Assembly: GCA_951406725.2 (NCBI GenBank)
Contig: OX597830.1
Location: 48,608,001-48,672,000 of the forward strand
DNA: 64,000 bases
DNA from: Octopus vulgaris
Taxonomy: Eukaryota
Direction: 5' to 3'
The notes beneath the pieces are model-generated. The model searched no databases and had not been told where the DNA came from. It saw only the letters and a list, made by a program, of their open reading frames with translations. A program made the position numbers and the translations under genes. Below, piece after piece: positions 1 through 12,160 of this stretch. Numbering within the stretch: the stretch's first letter is position 1; every line of letters starts with the position of its first letter.

Positions 1-654
1 ATGTCCAAAGAAACACAAAGAAAAAACAGAAAGACAGCAGAGGAAAAAAATGAAGGAAGACAGGCACGGCAACACACTTCCGCTACTCAGGTAATCCCGG
101 TCCACAGATAATTTACAAGAATATTGCTTCACACACATATTCCAGTTCACCGTAGCAGACAAAAAATTCCCCCACGAATGGGTCGAATTTTTCATAAATT
201 TTTCAAATTTTGGTAGCGGGACACGCCCAGCAAAACAAAACAATTGTCACTGCTGAGAGAGTTACTCAGTGCGACTGCAGCAGACAAATGTCCAGGACCC
301 AGTGAGGACTTCTTATATGAAAAAAGGTAAAATAAGGTCATACAACAAATTCCCCACCGATTCCCTAAAAAAACAAGTGCCTACCTTGCAGTCGCGGCTC
401 TTCAACGGTTCTTCGATTCAAGACGGCCACCAACGCACATCCTGACAGTGTTCAATTCAATGAGCAACGAACAAACACATGTAGGTGTGCGGGCGCACAT
501 GTGTAGGTATGAACAGGCGGCGCTTACGCGAATACTATGAACTTTTACCCCCTTACTTAGTGGTCATTGGAATAGCTCTTTTGTCTTAATAACGGTCAAT
601 CACACAGTAATTTCCCTTTGTTTAACGATCATTTTTCATAGCATTTTTCCGATG

Positions 655-724
655 GCCGGATAACTGAAGAGATGGTGGCGTTGTTTTCCATCTCGGCATC
701 CGAAACTCGGAGTTTTATCATGGC
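655..724 (+). ncRNA. Type-I hammerhead ribozyme motif (Penelope-like pLTR)
   Basis: GATAA(659-663)-CTGAAGA(664-670)-GATG..CATC-C-GAAA(702-705)-CTCGGAG-TT|TTATC(715-719). Stems I and III pair; cleavage triplet GUU; stem II register is off by one base. Confidence 0.6.
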
Positions 725-815
725 TACTGAATAATTGTCACATATTTCAGATAAATTCCTCTATTTACATAATATCGAGGTCTCTTTCTTTCTTTCGTTG
801 TCTTACCATTTTTAT

Positions 816-872
<57 letters not shown>

Positions 873-876
<4 letters not shown>

Positions 877-1035
877 GCTTTGTTTCAGTTTCCGTCTACC
901 CAATCGACTCACAAGACTTAGGTCGGACCGAGGCCATAGTAAAAGACACTTGCCCAAGGTGCCATGCAGTGGGACTGAACCAGGTAGCATGTGGTTGGGA
1001 AGCAAACTTCTTACCACACAGCCACACCTGCGCCT
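873..1035 (-). mobile_element. SINE family B, 5' half
   Basis: Reverse complement of aggcgcaggtgtggctgtgtggtaag...cagtcccactgcatggcaccttgggcaagtgtct; homologous to the full copies at 23110 and 41193. Confidence 0.85.
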
Positions 1036-1068
1036 ATACAAATCGACATAAACTACACTGATCGAAGA

Positions 1069-1288
1069 GAATTTTTAGGACTTCATGTTCGGACAGGATG
1101 TTGGTGACAGACATTTTGTCTAGAGACACAGGGGATCGGCTCGCTAGCGATAACCATCAGATTTTGTGCGCGCGCGTGCGTTATGTATACTACTAGCTAA
1201 CAGTTGTTGCTAGCGAACCGAGCCTCTCTCCCATGACAGAAGAACACCGCCACCTACATCCTGTCCTAACACGCTGCCCAAGCAATTC
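1069..1288. mobile_element. MITE-like imperfect foldback
   Basis: tgttcggacaggatgttggtg pairs with cacctacatcctgtcctaaca; tcggctcgctagcgataac pairs with gttgttgctagcgaaccga. Confidence 0.55.
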
Positions 1289-1472
1289 TATGCAGTAACT
1301 GATGTCGCTCCTAAATTGATAACATCATATGATCTGCGTTGACCAACGGCAGTTCTATAGCCGGAAGCCAGCTTGATCTCCTCCTCAATTGGTTCTACGA
1401 ACCTGACGAATTTATTGTTCGTTTGACGAATCTACGAAACTTTAAGTTGCACAGACCCGAATTAATCTAACA

Positions 1473-1526
<54 letters not shown>

Positions 1527-1532
1527 TGTGTG

Positions 1533-1565
<33 letters not shown>

Positions 1566-1568
<3 letters not shown>

Positions 1569-2399
1569 CAAAATAAGCAACAAGGATATCCAAAGGTAGT
1601 GTAGTACAATCGTTTCATGCTGCTTCATTTAATTAAACAATGTAAGTATTACATCAGTTTTAAAATGTAGAGCACTCTTCAGCCACATATGGAATTTTAA
1701 AAATTAAATTAACAATGTTCATTTTTACGGTTATTCTATTTGCCAACATTACAAAGAGGGTAGGTATATAGACAGAGAGGTGACATTCATCAATAAAACC
1801 ATGGTAGTAGAAGACCTTTGCTCATGGGCAGATTTTTTATCACTGAGTTCACTTTGTTATTTTGATTTACCAATGGGGAAGGGGTTTTCTATTACGTTCG
1901 GTGGAGACAATCAAGAATTGTTTTTCTATTTATAGATAGAGGAAGGGGCAGTTTAAATGGTAGAGCTAAAAATCCAACCATGTTATGAGGAATTTAACAT
2001 TTGGCTGTATTCTAGCAAAAGTAAGTAGGCTGAAGCTAGTGGGGTAGGGAGAATAGAGACTTCTAATGCTCCTTAACCATTTAACAACCATAAGCCTGCT
2101 TGTGATATTAAATAGATATCTTTTAGATAGTTATTTTTAAAGGATTCTAATGCATTTTAGGATCTTTTATAGGGATGGGGAGTATAGAAATCATTTCATA
2201 TTTATAAATATATATATATATATATCAGAGTATTATTAATAGAGATTTATAGTTAGTTAGTAAATAGTAATTTAGTTGTATTAATGAGTTACATTAAAGG
2301 AATATGATAAACATATTATTTATTTCCTGTAAAAAAAAGCTTATCAATTAGCACATATATTTCACCTCTTTGTCTATATACCTACCCTCTTTGTAATGT
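1566..2399 (-). mobile_element. Decayed Penelope-like element (endonuclease C-terminal remnant, pLTR with hammerhead, short inverted segment)
   Basis: Abuts (TA)n. Minus-strand remnant ITW...CPFLYLxIEK...SEL resembles the Penelope GIY-YIG C-terminus. Hammerhead at 1600-1687; 38-bp inverted repeat 1746-1783 / 2362-2399. Confidence 0.6.
1600..1687 (-). ncRNA. Type-I hammerhead ribozyme motif
   Basis: Minus strand reads TGTGG-CTGAAGA-GTGCT...AGCAT-GAAA-CGATTG-TA|CTACA. All three stems pair, the core is intact, and the cleavage triplet is GUA. Confidence 0.75.
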
Positions 2400-2547
2400 C
2401 TCACATCTTGTGCGGAAAGCAAGGAATAGATAGATTTTATCATCGCTACTCTTTCTTAAAATGGGATTTTATTTCAATGTTAGAAATCAATATTTATACT
2501 TGAATATTTTCACCTTTTGTACGTTTCTTTTCTTTTTCTTTTTCCAG

Positions 2548-2782
2548 TTCAAAGACGGAAAAGGAAAGAGAACCGTCCCCGACGTCAGCGTACGACATTC
2601 ACCAGTGAGCAGACACTGAAGTTAGAACTGGAGTATAACCGAACTGAATATATCACACGACCTCGGCGATTCGAATTGGCTGAGATGTTGAACTTGACAG
2701 AAACCCAGATCAAGATCTGGTTCCAGAACCGAAGAGCGAAAGACAAACGGATCGAAAAGGCACAAATGGATCAGCAGATGAG
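2548..2782 (+). CDS. ro: Homeodomain-encoding internal exon of a rough-type homeobox transcription factor
   Basis: Translation [66 protein letters not shown] closely matches the Rough homeodomain and its [12 protein letters not shown] extension as I recall them. Polypyrimidine tract plus ttccag acceptor ends at 2547 (phase 1); AG|GTAGGC donor at 2782/2783 (phase 2). Confidence 0.92.
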
Positions 2783-3293
2783 GTAGGCTTTGTTCTGTAT
2801 ATCAATAATACGACCGAGGCTAATGTCGACGAAGCTTTCCGACATATTAAACACAATAAACCAATAGGCTGTTCTAAATGTAACACACTGGATTATAAAC
2901 CTTCGATTAACTCAGACGATCCATGCAATAAACTAAACCAAAGCACTCTCGTAGTACATTTACATCTTTTTTGAAGGGGAGGTAACTCTAATAAAACAAA
3001 TAAATTGAAAATACAGTAAGGACAACATTTTCTATAGTTGCATATAATTGTTACTTTCCTAACTTAAATATCTAAAGAGGGAATTTTTGTTTACTAACTG
3101 GATAGAGGGCGTTTGCTAATCGAAAGATCTCACTGTGTTACATTTGTAAGATATATACAGTGTTTGTCAGCGTGTACAATAGTTATAGGTGTGTGTGTGT
3201 GTACGTGCATGTGTGTGTGTGTTTATGTGTATGTATGTGTGTGTTTGTGTATATATACGTACATATACATATATATATATACATATGTGTGTA

Positions 3294-3326
<33 letters not shown>

Positions 3327-3552
3327 GTTTATGTTTATGTAAATCTATATATCAATCTATCGATCGATCGATCTAATTATATAATTCACATTACTTCATA
3401 TATTCATGGTTAACTGCTTAAAATTTTGTTTCTTGGTTGTTTTCCGCTCCTTTTCAGCCGATAATACCCACCCTATTACGTGTGTAGAATCACGGTATAA
3501 ATTTGATCTTTTTCGAACATACTTATGCTACATACACGCGAGGAGGCACACA

Positions 3553-3605
<53 letters not shown>

Positions 3606-3902
3606 ACACACACACACCTACACACACGCATGCACAAATACACATGCCTGTGTATTTATACATAAACATACCTGTAAATTTGAGTGCGCGTGTAATCAAG
3701 TAGTGCTATCTCGACTGAGACAGCACAGTAGTTATTCATTGTTTAGAAGGTGTAAATCCATGTCTATCCAAATTTCAATGAAGTATTAAGCCTTATTTTA
3801 TCGCGTGTGTTTTACTTGATATAATATACATATGAATGATTTACCGACTGAATCTCCGAACATTGAGTAAAACAGAAGAATTGGTATAAGTGATTTACTT
3901 AA

Positions 3903-4014
3903 TCTTACGTGCGTTTCACAGGCCAGATCCTCAGTGGAATATTGTAATTCAATCATATATATAGGTCGGTTGACAGTACTGAATTAAATTACAATATTCC
4001 CCTGAAGATCTGGC
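3903..4014. repeat. 28-bp inverted repeat carrying hammerhead half-cores (Penelope-like relic)
   Basis: 3922-3949 pairs with 3987-4014 (2 mismatches). Minus strand reads CTGAGGA-tctggcctgt-GAAA-CGCACG-TA. Confidence 0.5.
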
Positions 4015-4233
4015 ATTGCAATTCTATTATGTAACCGTTTATGTAACGAATGTCGTATTACGTACAAATTTTCGTCATTAAAACACATGTAGGATTAAAT
4101 GATTCATGATATTGTAATAAACTCACTCAAACCAAATCTTTAATTATGCCGTCGAATATACCGATTGTACATACATATATAAATACATACATACAAGCAT
4201 GCATACATACATACATACACATAAATATATATA

Positions 4234-4353
4234 TGACAATTATTCTGTAGCCATGATAAAACTCCGAGTTTTATCATGGCTACCGAAAGATAAATTCCTC
4301 TATTTACATAATATCGAGATCTCTTTCTTTCTTTTGTTGTCTTACCGTTTTTA

Positions 4354-4358
<5 letters not shown>
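4234..4358. mobile_element. Second copy of the 706-819 Penelope-like pLTR tail with 5' inversion
   Basis: Homologous to 706-819. Contains a perfect palindrome 4247-4283; flanked by (TA)n. Confidence 0.7.
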
Positions 4359-4423
<65 letters not shown>

Positions 4424-4453
4424 TGTATGTATGCATGTATGTATATGTATGTG

Positions 4454-4534
<81 letters not shown>

Positions 4535-4563
4535 GTTAATCCAAACATATATATATATATATA

Positions 4564-4612
<49 letters not shown>

Positions 4613-4985
4613 CATTATTATTATATGAAAACTCACTGCTTATTTTGCTGGGTATGATGGAAAGCGTCAGCTGTCCACAAGCAGCGGACTAAGGTGACAC
4701 ATATTTACTGGTCATGCTTCAAGAACCCTGCAAAGAATTCTTGTAGTTCCCAGCAATGCTGGTTTTTGTAGGTTTTCCACCTTCACACTTGCACCGATCT
4801 TTTCCAGTCATGTTGGTAGCTGAGTGCTGATACTTCCAAGTTCACCAATTCCCATTGGTATCACGTCTGTTCTCTTGATTGACCACAGCCTTCGTATTTT
4901 GCTACATACACGCGCGAACGCAGACGCACATAATCATTATTATAATAATTATTATTATTATCATTATTATCATTATTATTATTAC

Positions 4986-5505
4986 TTTTTTTTTCTTCTT
5001 TCAAATTTGCTTCCATTTCTTGCCGAGTGTCTTCCCGACTCCTAGGGCAAAGAAACTCATAGTGTATATTGGTAGGCCATTAAACCAAACTCAGTAGTTC
5101 GTTCATTTTTTTTTTTTTTTTAAAGTTAAATTAAAATACATGAGCAGCAACAGTTCTCACATCGACAATGCTCTTCTCAATACGTGTGATGTACCAGTTA
5201 AGACAATCTTTTGCACTTCTTGCAGGGATGGTAAGCCAGGGATCATTCTCATATAATTTTCGGTTCCCTTCTTGATCATTCCTAGTGCTCCTACGATCAC
5301 TGGTATTGTAACCGCCTTGAGATGCCACATTTTCTCAATTTCAATGAGTAGGTCTTTATATTTTCTGAGCTTGTCAAACTCTTTCGCTGAGATATTATGA
5401 TCACAGGGGATGCTCATGTCGATCAATAAGCAAACTTTATTGTTTTGGTCTTTCACAACAATATCTGGTTTATTGGCCTTGATGGTTCGGTCTGTATGTA
5501 CTGGA
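4986..5505 (-). mobile_element. 5'-truncated R4/Dong-like RLE LINE (endonuclease end plus 3' UTR)
   Basis: ORF 5157-5531 KPDIVVKD...LLIDMSIP...K is a PD-(D/E)xK domain ending VQKIVLTGTSHVLRRALSM. Flanked on both sides by (ATT)n. Confidence 0.88.
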
Positions 5506-5539
5506 ATTATCATTATAATTATTATTATCATTATTATTA

Positions 5540-5574
<35 letters not shown>

Positions 5575-5583
5575 AATATTATT

Positions 5584-5641
<58 letters not shown>

Positions 5642-5659
5642 TTATATCTATAGATATTC

Positions 5660-5858
5660 TTTTACCCTTTAGTTGCTTCAGTCACTTAGACTGCGGCCAT
5701 GCTGGGGCACTGCTTCGAAGAATTTTTAGTCGAATGAATTGGCCCCAGTGCTTATTACTTTTAAGATCGGTTCTTGTTTTATCGTGCTTTTTTTACCTAA
5801 TTGCCAGGTTACGAAGACGTAAACACACTAACACCGGTTTTCAAGTGGACAGACACAA

Positions 5859-5904
<46 letters not shown>

Positions 5905-6065
5905 CTTTACATATATATACATATATACGACGGGATTTTTCCATTTTCCGTCTCCCATATCCACTCACAAGGTTTTGGTCTGTTCGAAGCTATAGTAGAA
6001 TACACTTACCCAAGGTGTCACGCATTGAGACTGAACTCGGAGCTATGTGGTTGGGAAGCAAGCTT
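5660..6065 (-). mobile_element. SINE family B, diverged copy
   Basis: gactgcggccatgctggggcac...ccactcacaagg...cccaaggtgtcacgca; homologous to other family B copies. Confidence 0.75.
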
Positions 6066-6669
6066 GATCAGTAATACTTTGAGTTATTTAGAGTTTCATG
6101 GCACCCGGCTCCAAACGGCGCCTCAATAACGCGACCTATAACATAAACAACTAATGGAGCCCTTCTTCAATTGTCTTTGAGTACGGAGAAAAGTTTTATT
6201 TACATCTGTTTGGAACATTAAAGATATTCTGGAAAAAAAGTTGGAGTAGACACTTGGTGTTCCAACACCAAGTAAACACTTAGAGTAGGCCTTGAGAGTA
6301 AAAAACTTGGAGCATGCGTTCATCTTGAAAAAAGTCTAGTCTGTTGACGGTTTGTTTCTTAGTTTAACTGTTCCTCGAGTTCTACGAAATGTCAGGAGGT
6401 CGCTTCGATAAGTAAAGATTGTTCAGAAAAGAATAGAAAATATCCAAACTCATCCCGCTCAGGATGACGAGCGGCCCTCCGAAGAACTTACGCTCTTAGA
6501 AGAAATACTTACAGAGGACAAGCTGCTTAGTAACAAATTGGGAGCCTTCATTTTTTTTTTTTTCATCCAATTCTTCATGAAGTATGATATTAAAAGTATT
6601 CAAACTGAACGTGAAACAACATGGAGGGACTTGAGAGAAGATGGACTTTCCAGATAGAAATACTGCTTT

Positions 6670-6888
6670 CAAATTTTGGCACAAAGCCAACAACCTCAGG
6701 GTTGGGGCTAAGTCGATTGCATCGATACCAGTGCTCAAATGGTACTTATGTTATCGACCCCCAAAAGGAGGAAAGGCAAAGTCGATCCCAGCGACTTTTG
6801 AATCTAGAACGTAAAAAAAAAGAAAACGGACGCGTTGCTGCTAAGCATTTTGTCCGGCGTGCTTACAATTCTGCCATCTTGCCGCTTT
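6670..6888 (-). mobile_element. SINE family A, diverged copy
   Basis: tttggcacaaagcc...atcgaccccc..gaaaggcaaagtcga...gcattttgtccggcgtgct..ttctgcca. Confidence 0.75.
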
Positions 6889-7090
6889 TACAAAAAAAAA
6901 AACAAAACAAAACAAAAAAAAGCAGTATGCTTAAAAATACAACATCAGCAGAACAATAAAATAACAATAGCAACAAAAACAACAACTACAACAATAACAA
7001 TAAAAACAACATTACACACAACAGTAATAAGAACAGTCACAATAATATCAAACAGTTTTTATTGGGAATTTTATTATGATAATTATTATT

Positions 7091-7348
7091 GCCGTAGTGA
7101 ATGGGTCTACCCTGAGCATACACCTGAAAACCGGTGAAGATGAGAAGGAGAGAGGTGCCCTGCCTGGAGTGCCCTTGGCGGTCAGGATGACCAGGATGTG
7201 ACGGATTCCTTGGTTGGCCCTGAGTGGAACACCCTACATCTTAGGGGGAATCTTATTGCTTAAATTTTGTTGATGTCATCGTTTTTGTGCTAAGCCCCCA
7301 CTTGTCGCTTGTTTTGTTATTGTCGCCTTGTGGCCTATAAAAGAAATA
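7091..7348 (+). mobile_element. Probable L1/Tx1-like LINE 3' end
   Basis: GC-richer island with a decayed ORF end (HLK..., AVRMTRM) loosely like the end of the 20410-21480 relic. Ends gccttgtggcctataaaagaaata. Confidence 0.4.
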
Positions 7349-7944
7349 TAGTATATACCACCATTACCGTCACCACCACTACCACCACTACCACCACTAC
7401 CACTGCCACGACTACTACCACTACTACTTCCACCACCACCACCACCTACCACTATTAGTTTTGTGTGTGTGTGTGTGTTTGTTTTTACTGTTGTCCTACA
7501 AACACCGGTACCAATCTTGTTATTTTCATGGTCGTCCCTTCCAAAGCCCGCTACACAACTACCACCACCACCACCACCGCTTTCCCCCCACTATATTACC
7601 ACCTCCCACTGCCACCACCACTGCAAATCAATCACCAGAAATCACAGCAATTGATAAACACTTCATTTATTTATTCTTCTTCCTTTACCTTTTCTTTCTT
7701 TTTCCTTTCTTTCTTTCTTTCTTTCCTCTCACCTGATTTTCTTCACATTCAATCTTTCTTATCCTTCTTTCTCTCCTTCACATTTTCCTTCGTTTTTTTA
7801 TTTCTCTCCTATTTTTCAACTTTCTTCACTTTAATTACTCCATTTATTTATATTATTTCTTCCTCATTCCATCTGGCTTGTGTGTGTTTGTGTATTTGTG
7901 TGTGTGTGTGTGTATTTGTATGTGTGTGTGTGTGTTGTGTGTGT

Positions 7945-7982
<38 letters not shown>

Positions 7983-8027
7983 CAGTGTGTGTCAGTGTGT
8001 GTGTGTGTATGTCAGTGTGTGTGTGTT

Positions 8028-8080
<53 letters not shown>

Positions 8081-9586
8081 CAGTGTGTGTGTGTATTTGT
8101 ATGTGTGTATGTGTGTGTGTATGTCAGTGTGTGTTTGTGTTTGTGTATTTGTATGTGTGTGTGTGTGTGTATGTGTGTCTGTATGCCAGTGTGTGTGTTC
8201 GCGTGTGTGATTGTGTCTGTCTGCGTGTGTATGTCAGTGTGTGTGTGTGTGTGTGTATGTCAGTATGTGTGTTTCACTCGGTCTCTATGCCACTTAGTAT
8301 GTATGTGTTGGTGTCACTGTGTGTGTCTGTGTATGCAGGTATAGGTGTTAGTATGCGTGTGTATGTGTGGAAGTGATTGGGTGTATGTGTGTGTTGGAGT
8401 ATGTCACTGTCAGTGTGTGATTGCGTGTGTGATTGCGTGTGTGAGTGTGTGTACGTGTATAGTTGCATGTGCGTGTACGATTATGTGTATGTGTGTGTAT
8501 TGTATTCTCTGAACCTTTTTTCTCCTCTCATTTCTCGAATACTTTTTCACTTCCTTACATTACTTCTCTTTCCCTCTCCCCACCCCTCATTGTCACTCTC
8601 TCTTCACTCTCTCATTCTCAGCCCTCATTCACTCTCCCTTCCTCTCCTCCTTCATTCTCTTTCTCACTCACTAATTCTCTCCCACATCACCTCGCCCTTT
8701 CAGTCTCTTCCTCATTCTTTCATTCACTCTCTTACTCTCTTACTCTCTCTCTCTCTCTCTCTCTCATTTTCTTTCTCTTTCACTCTCTTACTCTCTCTCT
8801 CTCTCTCCCCTCAAACATTCTCTCTCGCCATCAAATATTCTCTCTCCTTTACACACACACTCTCTCTCCTTACTCTCCCTCAAATATGCGTTCTGAGAGC
8901 TCACTACTTTAATCTCTCTCTCTCTCTTTATTCTCTATCACTATATTCTTCACACACACTCACACACACACACACACACTCTCTCTCTCTCTCTCTCTCT
9001 CTCTCCTTACTCTCCCCCAACACTCAAACCTACTATTTTTTGTTCACATAACAAAAGAAAACAGCTGCACATTGAAATTCCAAAGAACGTTGAAGAAATT
9101 CTCAAAAACAGAAACAAAAAAAAATGCTAGTAAAAATATACTGAAAGAGAGTGAGAGGTCGACTATTGACACTTAGCAACTGTTTTCCAAGACTGTGTAG
9201 ATGTTGACTACAAATTCTCATAGTCATTGCTACAGATTCTCTTGGAGACATTTTATGACAAAATCCAAAGCAATTACGAAACAACGGTTATTGGAATTGT
9301 GAATAAAGCTTGTCAACGAAGAACAAAACAAAACAACAATAATAATAATAATAATTAATCAGCTGAGCTGTTGGGCTGCGATTATTGAACTTGTGACATT
9401 GTTAGACCAGTGGGTTAGGTTCGAGTCTATGATGAAGGTCCAAATTGTGATGCAAAAAAAAAACCACTTGTCTGGGTTATGGTTATTACCAAGGGTCCCA
9501 ACAGCATCCTCGACCTTAAGAGTTTTGCGGTTGTTGTTGTTGTTGCTGCTGCTGCTGCTGCTGTTGTTGTTGTTGTTGTTGTTGTT

Positions 9587-9768
9587 AAGCAACAAGACGG
9601 GTAAGGGTGATTAGGTGATGGTCTGGGGCTCAGGGGCGGGAGACCCCCAGACCTTGAAAAACAAAAAAAAACTTTGGTCGTCTTGTTGTAGTCGAGGGCT
9701 CTTCGTTGACGCCCGATACCACTGGAAGTCGCTGGAAATGGAGATCTCCAGGTCCAAATTCTTAAACG

Positions 9769-9772
<4 letters not shown>
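9587..9772 (-). repeat. ~190-bp dispersed structured repeat, copy 1
   Basis: Highly similar to 61797-61998; (CAA)n tail on the minus strand; nested internal inverted repeats. Confidence 0.8.
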
Positions 9773-9799
<27 letters not shown>

Positions 9800-9859
9800 A
9801 TGACAATGACAATATACCATATAAACTCTGAGGAGTAGATTTGATTCGTGTAACATATA

Positions 9860-10237
9860 TATGGTTCTGGGTTCAGTCCCACTGCGTGGCATCTTGGGCA
9901 AGTGTCTTCTACTATAGCCTCGGGCCGACCAATGCCTTGTGAGTGGATTTGGTAGACGGAAACTGAAAGAAGCCTGTCGTATATATGTATATATATATAT
10001 ATATATGTATGTATGTGTATGTATATGTTTGTGTGTCTGTGTTTGTCCCTCTAGCATTGCTTGACAACCGATGCTGGTGTGTTTACGTCCCCGTCACTTA
10101 GCGGTTCGGCAAAAGAGACCGATAGAATAAGTACTGGGCTTACAAAGAATAAGTCCTGGGGTCGATTTGCTCGGCTAAAGGCGGTGCTCCAGCATGGCCG
10201 CAGTCAAATGACTGAAACAAGTAAAAGAGTAAAAGAG

Positions 10238-10239
<2 letters not shown>
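9860..10239 (+). mobile_element. SINE family B
   Basis: gggttcagtcccactgcgtggcatcttgggcaagtg...(TA/TG)n...cagcatggccgcagtcaaatgactgaaacaagtaaaagagtaaaagag. Confidence 0.88.
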
Positions 10240-10279
<40 letters not shown>

Positions 10280-10837
10280 ATATATATACGACGGGTTTCT
10301 TTCAGATTCCATCTCTTATATCTACACAAGGCTTTAATCAGCCCGAAGCTCTAATGGAAGCCACTCAGTGGAACTGAACCCGGAACTATGTGGTTGGGAA
10401 ACAAATTTCTTGCCACACGGCTACGCCTGCGCCTGCACCTGCATATTCATAAGTCTAAAATATTTGCTTACTCACACATACACTCTCTCTCTCTCACACA
10501 CAATCACACAGACAAGCATATATATATATATTCATATACGCATACATACGCACACAAAAACACGCACACACACACATGCACACACACAGACGCACACGCA
10601 CATATATATATATTTATATCACATATATATGTGTGTGTATGTATATTCTTTTATTCTTTTAATTGTTTCAGTCATTTGATTGCGGCCATGCTGGAGCACC
10701 GCCTCTAATCGATCTACTCGACTCCAGGACTTATTCTTTGTAAGCCTAGTACTCATTCTATCGGTCTCTTAGGCCGAACCGCTAGTTACGGGGACGTAAA
10801 CACACCAACATCAGTTGTCAAGCGATGGTGGTGGGGA

Positions 10838-10894
<57 letters not shown>

Positions 10895-10901
10895 GTGTGT
10901 G

Positions 10902-10956
<55 letters not shown>

Positions 10957-11052
10957 AGAGAGAGATTAAAGTAGTGAGCTCCCAGAACGCATACCCATTA
11001 GTTTGATAAGTTATCCTGACGAAAGCTTCTCATCCTATATATATACATACAC

Positions 11053-12160
11053 AACGAAAAGTTGGGGTGCATACATGCTAATATTCTTAAGTTATAATTT
11101 CTGGAAAAGTACAGAACAAGATTTCAACAGTAGAATTTGCCTAATTCGCCACCTCAAAAGGAAACTAAAAAGTACTTAAAATTAAAATTCTACTGTACTT
11201 AAAATAACATTTCTAAAATTTACTATATTTTATTAAAACGAAAATTATAAAAATATTTCTGGGTTTTTCCAATTTTCTGATTTTAAGCCTATGGGTTTAT
11301 ATTCAGAAACTCTTTTCATGTATAATAGTCCCAGTAATTTTTATAATTTTCAGAAAACAACGTTTAAGCAAAATTATTTAAGTCTGTATTTAAGCCCATA
11401 GGATTATTTTTGGAAAAATTACTATTTTAAAAATGAAATAAGATAAAAAATTTTTTTTTTAAAAATACATTAGAATTCGCCTAATTAGTCATGCCTAGGA
11501 GAAAATTGGAAGTGACGAATTAGGTGAAGAAACGAATTAGCCAAAGACGAATTAGGCTAACTCGGTACTCTATTAATGCTAACTAATAAATTTTACTTAG
11601 GATTTATTTGCCAGATTTTAATGTGGAAGAATTGACTCAACATACGGTTGACTTGAAACCATTTAATGAACATTCTACTACAATCAATGTTGTTGTTTTG
11701 TTTGTTTGTTTTCTTGTAATGGGATTTCAACTGAAGTGAAAAAAATCTTGTGCAATATTACTTATAGCTTCATATTTTATTGTTTGTACTTGATACAACT
11801 AAATAAAATGGCTATTTTAATCGTATATTTCAAAAGACATAATTAAAAAAAATAGTTTTTGTTTAAATTTATTTTTTATTATTTTTGTACCATACTTTTA
11901 AAGATTTATTTGTTTTGTAGATTCTCTTAATAAATAAAATAAATTATCGCAAATTTATCTGATATAATGTTTTTTAATTTTTAAAAATGTTATTCTCGGC
12001 TGCAATATTTTAAGTACAGTAGAATTTTAATTTTAAGTACTTTTTAGTTTCCTTTGGAGGTGACAAATAAGGCAAATTCTACTGTAGAAATCTTGTTCTG
12101 AACTTTTCCAGATATTATAACTTAAGAATATTAGCATGAAATGCGCCCGCATTTTTCATT
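11053..12160. mobile_element. 1.1-kb foldback/MITE with ~150-bp terminal inverted repeats
   Basis: 11053-11205 is the reverse complement of 12006-12160 at high identity; internal repeated acgaattag motifs; no ORF. Confidence 0.8.

Noticed and set aside
1-650. Upstream rough exon or promoter
   Set aside because: No open frame with a suitable donor was recognised, and the segment leads into a hammerhead-bearing repeat.
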